Source: an uncultured Christensenellaceae bacterium
GTDB taxonomy: Bacteria; Bacillota; Clostridia; Christensenellales; UBA3700
Direction: 5' to 3'
Assembly: GCA_944381345.1 (NCBI GenBank)
Contig: CALWKU010000080.1
Coordinates: 2,891-66,890, forward strand
DNA length: 64,000 nt
Shown piece by piece: positions 1 to 10,586 of the stretch (position 1 is the stretch's first letter; the number at the start of each line of letters is the position of its first letter). The position numbers were made by a program, and so were the translations under genes. Under the pieces are notes generated by a model. It was not told the origin of the DNA. It did no database searches and saw only the letters and a program-made list of their open reading frames with translations.

Positions 1-1
1 C

Positions 2-631
2 TACAACGACGACGAGCGCGATTATTATACCAACAACGATCGCCGCGACCGCGACGCTCGCGGTTATCGTTCGGACGGCTATCGTGACCGCGGCTATGCC
101 GATCGTTCGGACTATTCCGACCGCGGATACGGACGCGAACCCGGCGGATATCGTCCCGACAGGGATCACCGCTCGGACAGACCCGACCGCGAGCGTTCGG
201 ACAGAGACTACCGTCCCCGCGACGACTATCGTCCCGCGCCGCAAAGGCAGGACGAGCCGCGCGATGTCTATCGTCCCGGCTATGACAACGAACTGTCTAT
301 GCAATATACGCAGACGGACGAAAAGAAGAAAAAGGGGTTGTTCGCCTTCGGCAAAAAAGATGACGCCAACGTTCACAACGTCATCATCACATATCCGCGC
401 TCGTATGAGGACGTTAGCGGCATAATCGATTCGCTGCGCTCGAGACAGGCGATCATCGTCGACTTCCGCCGCGTCGCGGGAAAAGACACGCAGCGCGTAC
501 TCGATTTTCTCAGCGGCGCGATATATGCGCTTGGCGGCTCGCAGCAGCGCATCAACGACAATATGTTTTTGTTCACCCCCGAGGGCGTGACCATACAGGG
601 GCCGTCGTCGCTCAAACGCAGATACGACTGA
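2..631 (+). CDS. sepF: Cell-division protein SepF. The reading frame is open to the window edge, so it is probably 5'-truncated. The conserved core begins near ATG 299.
   Basis: The C-terminal 90 aa (VIITYPRSYEDV..IIDSLRSRQAIIVDF..RVLDFLSGAIYALGG..MFLFTPEGV) match the SepF core. The same frame has no stop from nt 2 to 298 and encodes an R/D/Y-rich repeat region. There is no SD before ATG 299. Confidence 0.75.
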   Translation, partial: YNDDERDYYTNNDRRDRDARGYRSDGYRDRGYADRSDYSDRGYGREPGGYRPDRDHRSDRPDRERSDRDYRPRDDYRPAPQRQDEPRDVYRPGYDNELSMQYTQTDEKKKKGLFAFGKKDDANVHNVIITYPRSYEDVSGIIDSLRSRQAIIVDFRRVAGKDTQRVLDFLSGAIYALGGSQQRINDNMFLFTPEGVTIQGPSSLKRRYD

Positions 632-632
632 T

Positions 633-1304
633 ATGCTTGAATTTTTACGCAAATACCGCGTCTATATTTTCGAGATCTTGTTTGCCGCGGCGGCGCTCGC
701 GGTCGACCTTGTTTCCAAAGCGGCGGCGTTCGACATCCTCGAAGATACGCCGGGCGGCAGCATAGAGGTCGCTCCAGGCATATTTTCTATAACTCTTGCG
801 CGCAATTACGGCGCGTCGTTCGGCATTTTTTCAGGTAAGACTACGCTGCTGTCCGTGTTTACCGGTATAGGGATCGCGGCGGTGCTTGCGCTTTTGATCT
901 TCAGACCCAAGACTCCCAAGATATTCAGATATTCGCTGCTTTGCATCTTTGCGGGCGGACTTGGCAATTTGATCGACAGGCTCGCGCTGGGATATGTGCG
1001 TGACTTCATCGATTATACGTTTTTGGGTACGTTTTTCGGTATAGATTTTGCGATCGGAAACATCGCCGACATATTTGTCATGATAGCGCTCGGAATGCTT
1101 ATCGTCTATATGATCTTCGGGTACAGGGAGGGCGACTTTTCCAAAGGCGGAAGGCTTACGCCGCAGACTGTGACCGCTGCCGAGGAGGAGGGGAAAGCTC
1201 CGTTGCCATCGGCTGTAGAAGAGAGCGGCGCCGCATCGTCCGAGAGCGTTGACGAGTCAATATCGACAAAGACTTCCGAGAACGCGGACGGAGGAGAAAA
1301 GTGA
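633..1304 (+). CDS. lspA: Lipoprotein signal peptidase II with an acidic/Ser-rich C-terminal tail
   Basis: It has four TM segments and the LspA motifs NYGASFG and GGLGNLIDR..GYVRDFID. It directly follows sepF, and its stop overlaps the rluD start. Confidence 0.9.
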   Translation: MLEFLRKYRVYIFEILFAAAALAVDLVSKAAAFDILEDTPGGSIEVAPGIFSITLARNYGASFGIFSGKTTLLSVFTGIGIAAVLALLIFRPKTPKIFRYSLLCIFAGGLGNLIDRLALGYVRDFIDYTFLGTFFGIDFAIGNIADIFVMIALGMLIVYMIFGYREGDFSKGGRLTPQTVTAAEEEGKAPLPSAVEESGAASSESVDESISTKTSENADGGEK

Positions 1305-2254
1305 GCGGAGAACTCGTCTTTTCGTCTCGCTATTGCGGCAAATCGCAAAAGCGGCTTGACGAGTACGTCTCCGACATTACTTCATTTACCCGGTCGCATG
1401 CGCGCAATCTCATTCTCGACGGGCGCGTTACGGTCGACGACAAAGAGATCGTCAAGGCGGGATATATGATCAAACCTAACGTCCTCGTCACCGTGATATC
1501 GCCCCCTCCGAAAAAACTCGATCTTAATCCGTCCCGACGCGAAGTTCCGATAATCTATCAGGACGACGACATCGCTGTCGTAGACAAACCGCAGGGCATG
1601 GTCGTGCATCCCGCGCCGGGTTCGTACGGCGATACGCTCGTCAATTCGCTGCTTGCCCAACTCGATTCGCTGAGCGGCATAAACGGCATAGTCCGTCCGG
1701 GAATAGTACATAGGCTCGACAAGGATACGTCGGGACTTTTGGTCATTGCCAAAAACGACGAGGCTCATTTGTCGCTGCAAAAACAGATCGCCGCAAAGAC
1801 CGCGCGACGCACATATGTCGCGCTGCTTGACGGTGTGATCAAAGGCGACGGCGGGCGGATCGAAAACCACCTCGACCGCAGCGCAAAGGATCGAAAACTG
1901 TACTCGGTCTCGCGCAGCGGTTCGGGCAGGCTTGCGATCACCGATTACTGCGTACTCAAACGCTATCCGCAATATACGCTGGCGCGATTCGATCTTCAGA
2001 CGGGACGGACTCACCAAATAAGAGTGCACGCAAAATACATAGGGCATCCCGTTGTAGGCGATCCTGCGTACGGCGGCTCGAACGCGTTTGGGCTGGACGG
2101 GCAGCTGCTGCACGCCTGCAAGCTGACGATAACTCATCCGCGGACGGGAGAAGAAATGACTTTCCGCGCGCCGCTTCCGGAACATTTCAAAAAGGTATTG
2201 GAAGAATTGGATTCGAAATACGGCGGAGACGCCGTGGATACGGACAAGATATGA
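1301..2254 (+). CDS. rluD: RluA-family 23S rRNA pseudouridine synthase (RluD-like)
   Basis: An N-terminal S4-like region is followed by the catalytic motif HRLDKDTSGLLVIAKN and GRTHQIRVH. The GTG start overlaps the lspA stop, and a GGAGGAG SD lies upstream. Confidence 0.9.
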   Translation: MSGELVFSSRYCGKSQKRLDEYVSDITSFTRSHARNLILDGRVTVDDKEIVKAGYMIKPNVLVTVISPPPKKLDLNPSRREVPIIYQDDDIAVVDKPQGMVVHPAPGSYGDTLVNSLLAQLDSLSGINGIVRPGIVHRLDKDTSGLLVIAKNDEAHLSLQKQIAAKTARRTYVALLDGVIKGDGGRIENHLDRSAKDRKLYSVSRSGSGRLAITDYCVLKRYPQYTLARFDLQTGRTHQIRVHAKYIGHPVVGDPAYGGSNAFGLDGQLLHACKLTITHPRTGEEMTFRAPLPEHFKKVLEELDSKYGGDAVDTDKI

Positions 2255-2276
2255 CGCGCCCCGCAAGGAGCGCGTC
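2253..2276. terminator. Hairpin between the convergent rluD and rqcH genes
   Basis: GACGCGC-N10-GCGCGTC forms a 7-bp GC stem. The T-tract is weak. Confidence 0.4.
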
Positions 2277-2307
2277 TTGCTTGTCATAGAGGCGATGCGA
2301 ACGTCGG

Positions 2308-4044
2308 TCAGCCGTTCAATTCAAGGTTTTTCCGTGCGTCCGGTTTGACCGCTACTGAGTTGTAGACGGTGTAAAGCACCATTCCCGGCTTGCCGCAGGG
2401 GTGGCGCTTTACGTTCTTTCTGGCGGTGTAGTCGACGACCGCTTTGTCCGAACCTGCGGCTTCGGAATAGTACGCTGCGATTGCGGCAGCCTTGACGATC
2501 ACCTCGTCGGGGACGACTGCGCCTTCGGCGAATATTATCACGTGAGAGCCGTGCGAATCCTTTGCGTGCAGCCAAATGTCGCCGCCGTTTGCGGTCTTGA
2601 AAGTCAATTTGTCGTTTTGAAGATTGTTTTTGCCCGCAGCGACGGTGAAACCGTCTATTTCAAACAGCAGCGGCTTTGCCGGCTTTTGTTTGTGCGCGCC
2701 TTTGGCGGACTTGCCCGATTTCGGCGCGCCCGCATTCTGCAATTCGCCCTCTATTTCCGCGATGTCTTCGAGCGTCTCGCAAGCGTCGATCGACACTTCC
2801 ACGCCGCGCAGATATTCGAGCATATCGCGGCACTCTGCGATCTGGTCGTCGATGAGTTTTGCGGTGCGCTTTTGCTTGGCGTATTTTTTGAAGTATTGCG
2901 ACGCGTTTTGCTGAGGCGAAAGCGCGGGGTCGAGAGGGATCTCGATGGTCGGGCAGTCCTCGCGGTAGTAGTCCGTGACCTTGGCGGCCTTGTCGCCGCG
3001 AGCGATCGAGTGAAGCGAGGACATCAGCAATTCGCCGTATATGCGGTTGCGTTCCGCGCCCTCGGCGTCCTGTTTGCGCGCAAGGCATTTTTCCAATTTT
3101 TTGCGCGTTTTGGCGGTCAGCGAGCGGCAAGCCTTTACGAGATGGCGGACGTGCAGACGCTTGCGCTCTGCTGCGTCGCGCTCGCCGACGCAGAGGTCGA
3201 CGGCTTGGCTCAACGTATCCGTCTTGCGGAACTCCAGTCCCGAACCGTCGTAACGGAACGCGAAAAAGTCGTCGGGCACGTCGTTTTTGAGCGATACGCA
3301 CGGAGAATAGAATGGCATATCATAGACGTCGGCGAGGCTTGTCAGCATATCGGTCAAAGCGTCAGTTTGGGCATCGTCGAGCCTCTCGGCACGCGCGTCG
3401 AGCCCCGAGAGATAGACCGCCTCTTTCGCGGTAGGCTTTGCAAGTCCGCCTATCCCGGTCAGGATGTGGTCGGCAATGTCGCCTCCGGCAAACGACGCTA
3501 CGTGAGCGCGCACGGCGGCTTTGTCGGACAATTTGATCTTGCTTTGCGGCGGCAGTTCGTACTTTGCGCCGGGAAGCAGACAGCGCTTTGTCGCGGTGTC
3601 GAAAGTCGCCTGTTTGAGCGCGTCCTTGACCGCGCCCGTCGCGCCGTCGACAAGCATGATGTTGCTGTATCTGCCCATCATCTCGGCGATCAGCGAAAAT
3701 TTAACGGCGTCGCGCAGTTCGTTGCGCGCGGCGATATCAAAACAGAAGATGCGGTCCTCGCCGAGCATGCGGCAGCCGTCGATCACGGCGCCCGTCAGAA
3801 ATTTGCGCAGCAGCATACAAAACGACGGCGCGTTGACGGGATTTTGCTTTTTCCGGCAGGTGAAGTGTATTCGCGGGTTTTGTGCGTTTGCGGACGCGAC
3901 CAGCGTACGGTTGACGCCCGCGACGCGCACCGCAATCGTGATCTCGTCCTCCTCGGGCATATATATCTTGTCTATTTTCGCTCCGGAAAGCGAAGAGTTC
4001 AGCTCGCGGCAAAGGGCGTTCAAAGTGACGTAATCGTTGGGCAT
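2308..4044 (-). CDS. rqcH: NFACT-family ribosome quality-control factor (RqcH / FbpA-like)
   Basis: The N-terminal NFACT-N region (MPNDYVTLNALCRELN..KIDKIYMPEEDE) and the C-terminal NFACT-R/DUF814 motif (DIWLHAKDSHGSHVII) are both present. The length is 578 aa, and a GGAGGA SD precedes the start. Confidence 0.85.
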   Translation of the reverse strand: MPNDYVTLNALCRELNSSLSGAKIDKIYMPEEDEITIAVRVAGVNRTLVASANAQNPRIHFTCRKKQNPVNAPSFCMLLRKFLTGAVIDGCRMLGEDRIFCFDIAARNELRDAVKFSLIAEMMGRYSNIMLVDGATGAVKDALKQATFDTATKRCLLPGAKYELPPQSKIKLSDKAAVRAHVASFAGGDIADHILTGIGGLAKPTAKEAVYLSGLDARAERLDDAQTDALTDMLTSLADVYDMPFYSPCVSLKNDVPDDFFAFRYDGSGLEFRKTDTLSQAVDLCVGERDAAERKRLHVRHLVKACRSLTAKTRKKLEKCLARKQDAEGAERNRIYGELLMSSLHSIARGDKAAKVTDYYREDCPTIEIPLDPALSPQQNASQYFKKYAKQKRTAKLIDDQIAECRDMLEYLRGVEVSIDACETLEDIAEIEGELQNAGAPKSGKSAKGAHKQKPAKPLLFEIDGFTVAAGKNNLQNDKLTFKTANGGDIWLHAKDSHGSHVIIFAEGAVVPDEVIVKAAAIAAYYSEAAGSDKAVVDYTARKNVKRHPCGKPGMVLYTVYNSVAVKPDARKNLELNG

Positions 4045-4194
4045 TTATCCTCCGTGGCGCAAACGGTTTCGATCGAGCGCGTTTTCGCCGTCGCATATAT
4101 TATAAATTATAAATTTTTCGATTGCAATTATATTGCATAAATCGGTCGATTGTGTTAAACTACTATTTGCAAATAAATTTTGAGAGGTCGTTTT

Positions 4195-5604
4195 ATGAAC
4201 TACACCAAAGAACTTTTGGAGAAAAACAAGGTCAAATTTAGCGTCGAAGTAGACGCCGACGAGTGGCGCGCCGCGATCGACGAGGCATACAATAAGAACA
4301 AGGGGAAATTCCAGATCGAGGGTTTCCGCAAGGGCAAGGCGCCCCGCAGAGTCATCGAGAACGTCTACGGCGCCGGCGTATTTTACGAAGATGCGATGGA
4401 CATAATCTTGCCGAAAACATACGGCGAGATCCTCGACAAGGAGAGCGAACTCTTCCCGGTCGATTCGCCAGAGATCGACATCGACGCGATCAGCGACTCG
4501 ACTTTCAAATATACGGCGACCGTTCAGCTCAGGCCCGATGTCAAACTCGGCGCGTTCAAGGGGCTGAAATTCGTCCGCACCGTCAAGCCGGTCACCGACG
4601 AAGAGGTCGAAGAGAGCATCAAGTCCGCGCTTGATAACGCAGGCAGCTGGGAGCCGATCGGCGACAGAGCGGTCGAGGAAGGCGACAGGACGGTCATCGA
4701 TTACAGCGGCAGCGTCGACGGGGTCAAGTTTGACGGCGGCACCGCCGAAAAGCAAAATCTCGTCATCGGAAGCCACACCTTCATCCCCGGCTTCGAGGAG
4801 CAGGTCGTCGGCATGAAAGTGGGCGAGTCCAAGGACATCGACGTCACTTTCCCCGAGGATTATCACGAAAAGACGCTTGCGGGCAAGGCTGCCGTGTTTG
4901 CGGTTACGCTGCATGAGGCGACGCACAAGGTCGTACCTGCGCTCGACGACGAGAGCGTCAAGGACATCTCGGAGAGTTGCGACACGGTCGAGGAGTACCG
5001 CGCTTCCGTCCGCGCCGAGATAGAGAAGAAACACAACGACGAGGCCGATCAGGAGCTTGAAAACTCCATGGTCGACACCATTGCCGAAGCGTCCGAAGTT
5101 GACATCCCCGAGTGCATGGTCGAGGACGAGAGCAGGCACAAGATCGAAGAGTTTGCCTATCAGTTGCAATATCAGGGACTGAACATAGACGACTACTACA
5201 AGTTCACCGGTTCAACCGAGGAAGATCTGATGAAGAGATATCACGACTCCTCGCTCAAAGCCGTCAAGTACAGGCTCGTTATGCAGGAATTGATCAAACA
5301 GCTCGGTCCCGTCGACGTCTCGGACGAAGACGTACTCGCTTTCATCAAAGAGCAGATGGGCGCGATGGGCGACCGCTATGAAAAGATCGCCGACGTTCCG
5401 GAGGAATATGTCAATTATGCGAAGAGCATAGAGACTACAAAGAAAGTATTCGCGCTGTTGAAAGAGAACAACACCGTCGAAAACGCGACCGCCGAGGCGT
5501 CCGCCAAGGCAAATAAAGCGCCCGCCAAAAAGGCGGCGAAGAAAGCCGACGGCGAAGACGCGCCCAAGGCTAAAAAGACCGCTAAGAAAGCGGACAAGGA
5601 GTGA
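4195..5604 (+). CDS. tig: Trigger factor
   Basis: The ribosome-binding motif GFRKGKAPR, a central FKBP PPIase region and a Lys/Ala-rich tail are present. GAGAGG lies 7 nt upstream of ATG 4195, so the track's TTG at 4180 is less likely. Confidence 0.95.
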   Translation: MNYTKELLEKNKVKFSVEVDADEWRAAIDEAYNKNKGKFQIEGFRKGKAPRRVIENVYGAGVFYEDAMDIILPKTYGEILDKESELFPVDSPEIDIDAISDSTFKYTATVQLRPDVKLGAFKGLKFVRTVKPVTDEEVEESIKSALDNAGSWEPIGDRAVEEGDRTVIDYSGSVDGVKFDGGTAEKQNLVIGSHTFIPGFEEQVVGMKVGESKDIDVTFPEDYHEKTLAGKAAVFAVTLHEATHKVVPALDDESVKDISESCDTVEEYRASVRAEIEKKHNDEADQELENSMVDTIAEASEVDIPECMVEDESRHKIEEFAYQLQYQGLNIDDYYKFTGSTEEDLMKRYHDSSLKAVKYRLVMQELIKQLGPVDVSDEDVLAFIKEQMGAMGDRYEKIADVPEEYVNYAKSIETTKKVFALLKENNTVENATAEASAKANKAPAKKAAKKADGEDAPKAKKTAKKADKE

Positions 5605-5605
5605 C

Positions 5606-6202
5606 ATGAAGGACATAAAGGATCTGCTCATCCCCACGGTCATTGACAAGACGGAGTCGGGCGAGAGGGCATATGACATCTATTCGAGACTGCTTGAGGA
5701 CAGGATCATATTTTTGACGGGTGAGATCAACGATCAATCCGCCGACAGCGTAGTAGCGCAGCTCATCTTCCTCGAGGCGAAGGACGCCGACAAGGATATC
5801 AGTCTGTATATCAACAGCCCCGGCGGCAGCGTCAGCGCGGGACTAGCGATCTACGACACTATGAATTATGTCAAGTGCGACGTCAATACGATATGCGTCG
5901 GCATGGCGGCGAGCATGGGCGCGTTTTTGCTCTCGTCGGGCGCAAAGGGCAAGAGATTCGCTCTGCCCAACAGCGAGATCATGATCCACCAACCGCTTGG
6001 CGGAGCGCAGGGACAGGCGTCGGATATCGTCATCGTCGCCAACCACATCCAGCGCACCAAGGAGAAGATGGCGCGCATACTCGCGGAAAATTGCGGGCAG
6101 CCCTTTGAAAAGGTCATGGCGGATACGGACAGGGACAACTATCTGTCCGCAGAAGAGGCGCTCGAATACGGCTTGATAGACAAAATATTCTACAAGAGAT
6201 GA
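5606..6202 (+). CDS. clpP: ATP-dependent Clp protease proteolytic subunit
   Basis: [37 protein letters not shown] carries the Ser-His-Asp ClpP signatures. Confidence 0.97.
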   Translation: MKDIKDLLIPTVIDKTESGERAYDIYSRLLEDRIIFLTGEINDQSADSVVAQLIFLEAKDADKDISLYINSPGGSVSAGLAIYDTMNYVKCDVNTICVGMAASMGAFLLSSGAKGKRFALPNSEIMIHQPLGGAQGQASDIVIVANHIQRTKEKMARILAENCGQPFEKVMADTDRDNYLSAEEALEYGLIDKIFYKR

Positions 6203-6209
6203 GGAATTG

Positions 6210-7427
6210 ATGGCAGATAAGAATACACATTGCTCATTTTGCGGCAGATCGGTCGACGAAGTCGATCAGCTCTATACCGCCGACGGCAGCGTCTACATCT
6301 GCGATAGGTGCATCGAGGAGTGCCACGCGCGTCTTGCCGACCGCAAGACGGACAAGCCCGCCAAGGTCGCCGTCTCCGTGCCCACGCCCAAAGAGATCAA
6401 GCAAAAGTTGGACGAATATATCGTAGGACAGGAGCAGGCGAAAAAGGTGCTTTCCGTCGCGGTCTACAACCACTACAAGCGCATCGGCTGCTCCGACAGG
6501 GAAGTGGAGATGGAAAAGAGCAACGTACTGCTGCTCGGTCCCACCGGCTGCGGAAAGACCATGCTTGCCGCAACGCTCGCCAAGATCCTCGACGTACCGT
6601 TTGTCGTCGTAGACGCCACCTCCTTGACGGAAGCGGGCTATGTCGGCGAGGATGTCGAGAACATCCTGCTCAAACTCATTCAAAAGGCGGATTACGACAT
6701 CGAGAAGGCACAGGTCGGCATCATCTACATCGACGAGGTCGACAAACTCGCCAAAAAGGGCGAGAATATGTCCATCACCCGCGACGTATCGGGCGAGGGC
6801 GTTCAACAGGCGCTGCTCAAAATTCTTGAAAGCACCGTCGCCAGCGTGCCGCCGCAGGGCGGTCGCAAGCATCCTCAGCAGGAGTGCATTCAGATCGACA
6901 CTACCAACATTTTGTTCATCTGCGGAGGTGCGTTCGTGGGACTTGACAAGATCGTCGCCAAGCGCAAGCAGGGATCCGCGCTCGGTTTCGGCGCCGACGT
7001 CAAGGGCGCGACGAGTCAAACTTATGGCGAGATATGCAGCGACATCAAGCCGGACGATCTCATCAAGTTCGGGCTTATTCCCGAATTTGTGGGCAGAGTT
7101 CCCGTGGTCGTGTCCGTAGATTCGCTCGACGAAAAAGCGCTCATCAGCATTTTGGTCAAACCCAAAAACGCGCTTGTCAAGCAGTATAAGGCGCTGTTCG
7201 CCCGCGACGGCGTGGATGTGGAATTTACAGACGACGCGCTTCGTGAGATTGCTTCGCAAGCCGTCAAGATGAAGACGGGAGCGAGAGGATTGAAATCCAT
7301 TGTGGAGAACATCATGCTCGACGTGATGTTCGACGCGCCCGGAGACAAGACAATACAAAAGATCGTGATCACTAAAGATTGCGCCGAGATGAAAGAGAAA
7401 CCCACCGTGATACGTAAGAGCGCGTGA
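6210..7427 (+). CDS. clpX: ATP-dependent Clp protease ATP-binding subunit ClpX
   Basis: An N-terminal C4 zinc finger (CSFCGR..CDRC), Walker [17 protein letters not shown] and the pore loop GYVG are all present. Confidence 0.97.
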   Translation: MADKNTHCSFCGRSVDEVDQLYTADGSVYICDRCIEECHARLADRKTDKPAKVAVSVPTPKEIKQKLDEYIVGQEQAKKVLSVAVYNHYKRIGCSDREVEMEKSNVLLLGPTGCGKTMLAATLAKILDVPFVVVDATSLTEAGYVGEDVENILLKLIQKADYDIEKAQVGIIYIDEVDKLAKKGENMSITRDVSGEGVQQALLKILESTVASVPPQGGRKHPQQECIQIDTTNILFICGGAFVGLDKIVAKRKQGSALGFGADVKGATSQTYGEICSDIKPDDLIKFGLIPEFVGRVPVVVSVDSLDEKALISILVKPKNALVKQYKALFARDGVDVEFTDDALREIASQAVKMKTGARGLKSIVENIMLDVMFDAPGDKTIQKIVITKDCAEMKEKPTVIRKSA

Positions 7428-7434
7428 CGGGGAT

Positions 7435-7465
7435 GCGGACGGCGCCGAGCCGTCCGCCATTTTTT
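7435..7465 (+). terminator. Rho-independent terminator after clpX
   Basis: GCGGACGGC-GCCGA-GCCGTCCGC is followed by CATTTTTT. Confidence 0.8.
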
Positions 7466-7479
7466 AGAAAAGGCGAGAG

Positions 7480-9711
7480 ATGAAGATACCTATACTGTTC
7501 ATGCAATTCCGCACCCTTCTGCCGGGTCAGGAGGCGGACGTTACGCCGACGGGATACAAGAAAAAGGATAATATACGCCGCAGTCTCGGTACGCCGGGCA
7601 CGACGCTGGGACTTGTCACCGTCACGACGGAAAGATCAAAGGGCATCCCGAAGATCGGCGTGACGTGCGAGGCATATTGCACGATCGCAAAAGTGTCGGA
7701 CAAGAGCAACGACGACAGGCTGATCGTCGATGTTGTCGAGCGCGCGGTGATCGAAGAAATAATTCCCGATCCCGTCGACGAAATAGTGTACGGCGAATTG
7801 ACCGAAAAGCCGTATCCGCCTCTGCCAGAGGATTACGACCGCCGCGTGATGACGATGAGCTGCAAGCTGCTCAACTCTCTCTACGAGAGGCTGCCTTTGC
7901 CGCGGGACGACGACAGGGAGAGGCGCTATCGCTTGGCGAACGAGCATGACGCGGACGGCTTGATCGCGTACATCGCCGACAGGGTGAGGATAGGTGTGCC
8001 GCCGCTGCTCTCCGCCGATAACGTCGCCGAGCGCATCAAGGTCGCCAAGAATATGCTCACCGGACTTGCAATCGCCGCGGAAGGCGAGCGTAAAAAGACG
8101 GCAAGACGCGACGGGCAAGGTCAGCCGCAGGACGAACAAAACGAAGACGCGGAGAAGTTCAAAGAGAGGATAGAGGGGCTCAACGCCCCGGATGAGGTAA
8201 AGGAAAAGCTGAATGCGGAGCTGAAAAAGTTTGCCGCGCTTCCGCCGATGGCGATCGACAAGCACAGCATAGCCAACTACATCGAGACTGTACTCGGGCT
8301 GCCGTGGCTTAATTATTCTCGCCCGGCTTGCGATCTGAAAGAGGTCGCGCGTATCCTCGACGAGGACCATTACGGACTCAAAGACGTCAAGGAGCGCGTA
8401 CTGGAATACATCGCCGTTCGTATTAAAAATCCCGACGGCAAGGCGCCGATACTGTGTCTTGTGGGCGCTCCGGGCGTGGGTAAGTCGTCTATCGCGCGTT
8501 CGATCGCAAGGGCGGTCGGCAGAGAATACGTGCGCATGAGTCTCGGCGGATTGAGCGACGAGGCGGATATACGCGGCTTCCGCAGGACGTATGTCGGTGC
8601 CGCGCCGGGCCGCATCGTCTATTCTATGTCCAAGGTCAAGACGTCCGATCCGCTGATGCTGCTTGACGAGATAGACAAGCTGGCTCCGTCTGCCGCGCGC
8701 GGCAACATCCAAAGCGCGCTGCTCGAAGTTCTCGACCCCGAACAGAACAACTCCTTCCGGGATCACTATCTCGAGCTGCCTTACGACCTGTCCAAAGTGT
8801 TCTTTTTGGCGACGGCAAACTCGCTCACGGACATACCCCGACCGCTGCTCGACCGTATGGAAGTGATTGAGATATCGGGCTATACGCAAGACGAGAAACT
8901 TGCGATCGCGCAGCGATATCTGGTTCGCAAACAGCTTGCCGAATGCGGACTTGCGGAAGGAGATGTGGTCTTTGAGGACGACGCGGTCATGTTTTTGACG
9001 GAGTGCTATACCCGCGAGTCCGGCGTAAGGGGATTGGAGCGCAAGATAGGCTCGATCTGCCGCAAGATAGTAAAAAAGCAATTGCTCGAGGGCGGGGATG
9101 CTATCCGCCGAGTGAACAGACAGACGGTTTCGGAGCTACTCGGCGTGCCGCCGTACAATGCGCCCGAAACTCAAACTTCGGGCGAGGTTGGTTGCGTGAC
9201 GGGACTCGCGTGGACCGCGGCGGGCGGAGTAACTTTGCCGATCGAGGTCCGACTCGTGCCCGCAGGCAAGGGCGAACTGATCATGACGGGCAGTCTCGGC
9301 GACGTGATGAAAGAGTCGGCGGAGATCGCGCTGTCCGTGGTGCGCTCCAAGGGCGCGACAAGAGACGAAAAGACGGACATACATATCCACGTACCCGAGG
9401 GCGCGACGCCCAAGGACGGACCGTCGGCGGGTATAACGCTCGCCTGTGCGCTTATGTCCGCCTTCAACGACATTCGTCCGCGCGCAGCGGTAGCGATGAC
9501 GGGAGAGCTAACTTTGCGCGGCAAAGTACTCAAGATAGGCGGACTCAAAGAAAAGCTGCTCGCCGCGTGCCGCGCAGGAGTAAAGACGGCGATCATTCCG
9601 AAAGACAATGCTCCGCAGCTCGACGAACTGCCGTCCGAGATCAAGGACGAACTGAGGATAATCCCGGTCGGGAACATCGACGAGGTGTTCGGCTTGGTGT
9701 TCGGAGGATGA
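7480..9711 (+). CDS. lon: Lon protease (LonA type)
   Basis: It has a LON N-domain, AAA+ Walker A GAPGVGKSS, LLDEIDK, and a protease domain with DGPSAGITL and the catalytic Ser/Lys context. Confidence 0.93.
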   Translation: MKIPILFMQFRTLLPGQEADVTPTGYKKKDNIRRSLGTPGTTLGLVTVTTERSKGIPKIGVTCEAYCTIAKVSDKSNDDRLIVDVVERAVIEEIIPDPVDEIVYGELTEKPYPPLPEDYDRRVMTMSCKLLNSLYERLPLPRDDDRERRYRLANEHDADGLIAYIADRVRIGVPPLLSADNVAERIKVAKNMLTGLAIAAEGERKKTARRDGQGQPQDEQNEDAEKFKERIEGLNAPDEVKEKLNAELKKFAALPPMAIDKHSIANYIETVLGLPWLNYSRPACDLKEVARILDEDHYGLKDVKERVLEYIAVRIKNPDGKAPILCLVGAPGVGKSSIARSIARAVGREYVRMSLGGLSDEADIRGFRRTYVGAAPGRIVYSMSKVKTSDPLMLLDEIDKLAPSAARGNIQSALLEVLDPEQNNSFRDHYLELPYDLSKVFFLATANSLTDIPRPLLDRMEVIEISGYTQDEKLAIAQRYLVRKQLAECGLAEGDVVFEDDAVMFLTECYTRESGVRGLERKIGSICRKIVKKQLLEGGDAIRRVNRQTVSELLGVPPYNAPETQTSGEVGCVTGLAWTAAGGVTLPIEVRLVPAGKGELIMTGSLGDVMKESAEIALSVVRSKGATRDEKTDIHIHVPEGATPKDGPSAGITLACALMSAFNDIRPRAAVAMTGELTLRGKVLKIGGLKEKLLAACRAGVKTAIIPKDNAPQLDELPSEIKDELRIIPVGNIDEVFGLVFGG

Positions 9712-9712
9712 G

Positions 9713-10309
9713 ATGAAGATATCCCGCGTCGATTTCGTGACATCGATGGCGTCGTTCGATCCGTCTGCGATCAAACCCGTCCCGCGCGTAGCGGTCGCGG
9801 GCAGATCCAACGTCGGCAAGAGTTCGTTTATCAACTATTTCGCCAACAGGGGAGGACTTGCAAAGACGTCGTCGACGCCGGGCAAGACCAAGCTGCTCAA
9901 CTTTTTTGAGGTCAACGGCGGAGAGTTTTATTTGGTCGATCTGCCCGGGTACGGTTTCGCCAAGGCAAGCGACGCCGAAAAGGCGAAGTGGGCGGCGATG
10001 ATCGACAACTATCTTGCGTCGGACGAACTGCTCAAATGCGTACTCGTTTTGGTCGACAGCAGGCACGACCCCACCGCGCTCGACAGGCAGATGATCGCAT
10101 ATCTGCATCACAATCGCATACCGTTTTTCGTCGTCGCCACAAAGGCGGACAAGCTGTCGCGCGCTCAACTGAACAGGCAGCTTCCCGCGATCGCCAACGC
10201 GTTTGCGATGGGAAGGGCGGACATCACATCGGTCTCGTCGTCCGCAAAGACGGGGCTTGAAGCGGTGCTGGCTCGTCTCGACGTCATGCTTTCGCCGCAG
10301 CAAGAATGA
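9713..10309 (+). CDS. engB: Ribosome-biogenesis GTPase EngB/YsxC
   Basis: G1 GRSNVGKSSFIN and G3 DLPGYG are present. It holds the conserved position after lon. Confidence 0.93.
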   Translation: MKISRVDFVTSMASFDPSAIKPVPRVAVAGRSNVGKSSFINYFANRGGLAKTSSTPGKTKLLNFFEVNGGEFYLVDLPGYGFAKASDAEKAKWAAMIDNYLASDELLKCVLVLVDSRHDPTALDRQMIAYLHHNRIPFFVVATKADKLSRAQLNRQLPAIANAFAMGRADITSVSSSAKTGLEAVLARLDVMLSPQQE

Positions 10310-10495
10310 ATTTTGTCGCAAAAACCGGAAATATAGAGAATTTCAGCTGTTTCACATTTATTTGAACGCGTTTCCCGTAATATAGCCGCATATAAAGACG
10401 AGGCTTTCGAGCAAGAGCGCCGCGCCGCGTCCTTTTCGTGTGTCAGCAGCTTGTTAAAAAATAATCAATCGACGACGAAATTTACCCGTTTTCGC

Positions 10496-10525
10496 TTGCA
10501 AAGCAGCACCTTATTAAGATATAAT
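10496..10525 (+). promoter_or_regulatory. Putative sigma-A promoter of the decarboxylase cluster
   Basis: TTGCAA (10496-10501), an 18-nt spacer, then TATAAT (10520-10525). Confidence 0.45.
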
Positions 10526-10553
10526 GCTATTGGTGTAAATTAAGACAATTTTA

Positions 10554-10571
10554 ATGCGCCCGCGGGCGCAT
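10554..10571. promoter_or_regulatory. Perfect 18-bp palindrome in the 5' leader. It could be an operator or a 5' stem-loop.
   Basis: ATGCGCCCGCGGGCGCAT equals its own reverse complement. It lies just upstream of the SD ACGGAGGA and ATG 10587. Confidence 0.4.
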
Positions 10572-10586
10572 ACGGAGGATTAGTAT

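Noticed and set aside
84-425. A 113-aa Thr/Ala/Pro-rich ORF overlapping the sepF region in another frame.
   Set aside because: It overlaps the conserved SepF core out of frame. The SepF frame shows the stronger codon periodicity and carries the recognisable domain.
4045-5169. Long antisense ORFs opposite well-supported genes. Examples are 4045-5169, 6234-7460, 7636-9081, 11082-12377, 19946-21079, 27354-28238, 40965-41900 and 45430-46338.
   Set aside because: They are shadow ORFs, typical of GC-rich coding DNA. Their composition is low-complexity and Arg/Ala/Gly-rich, they have no SD and no recognisable motifs. The opposite strand in each case encodes a strongly recognisable protein.
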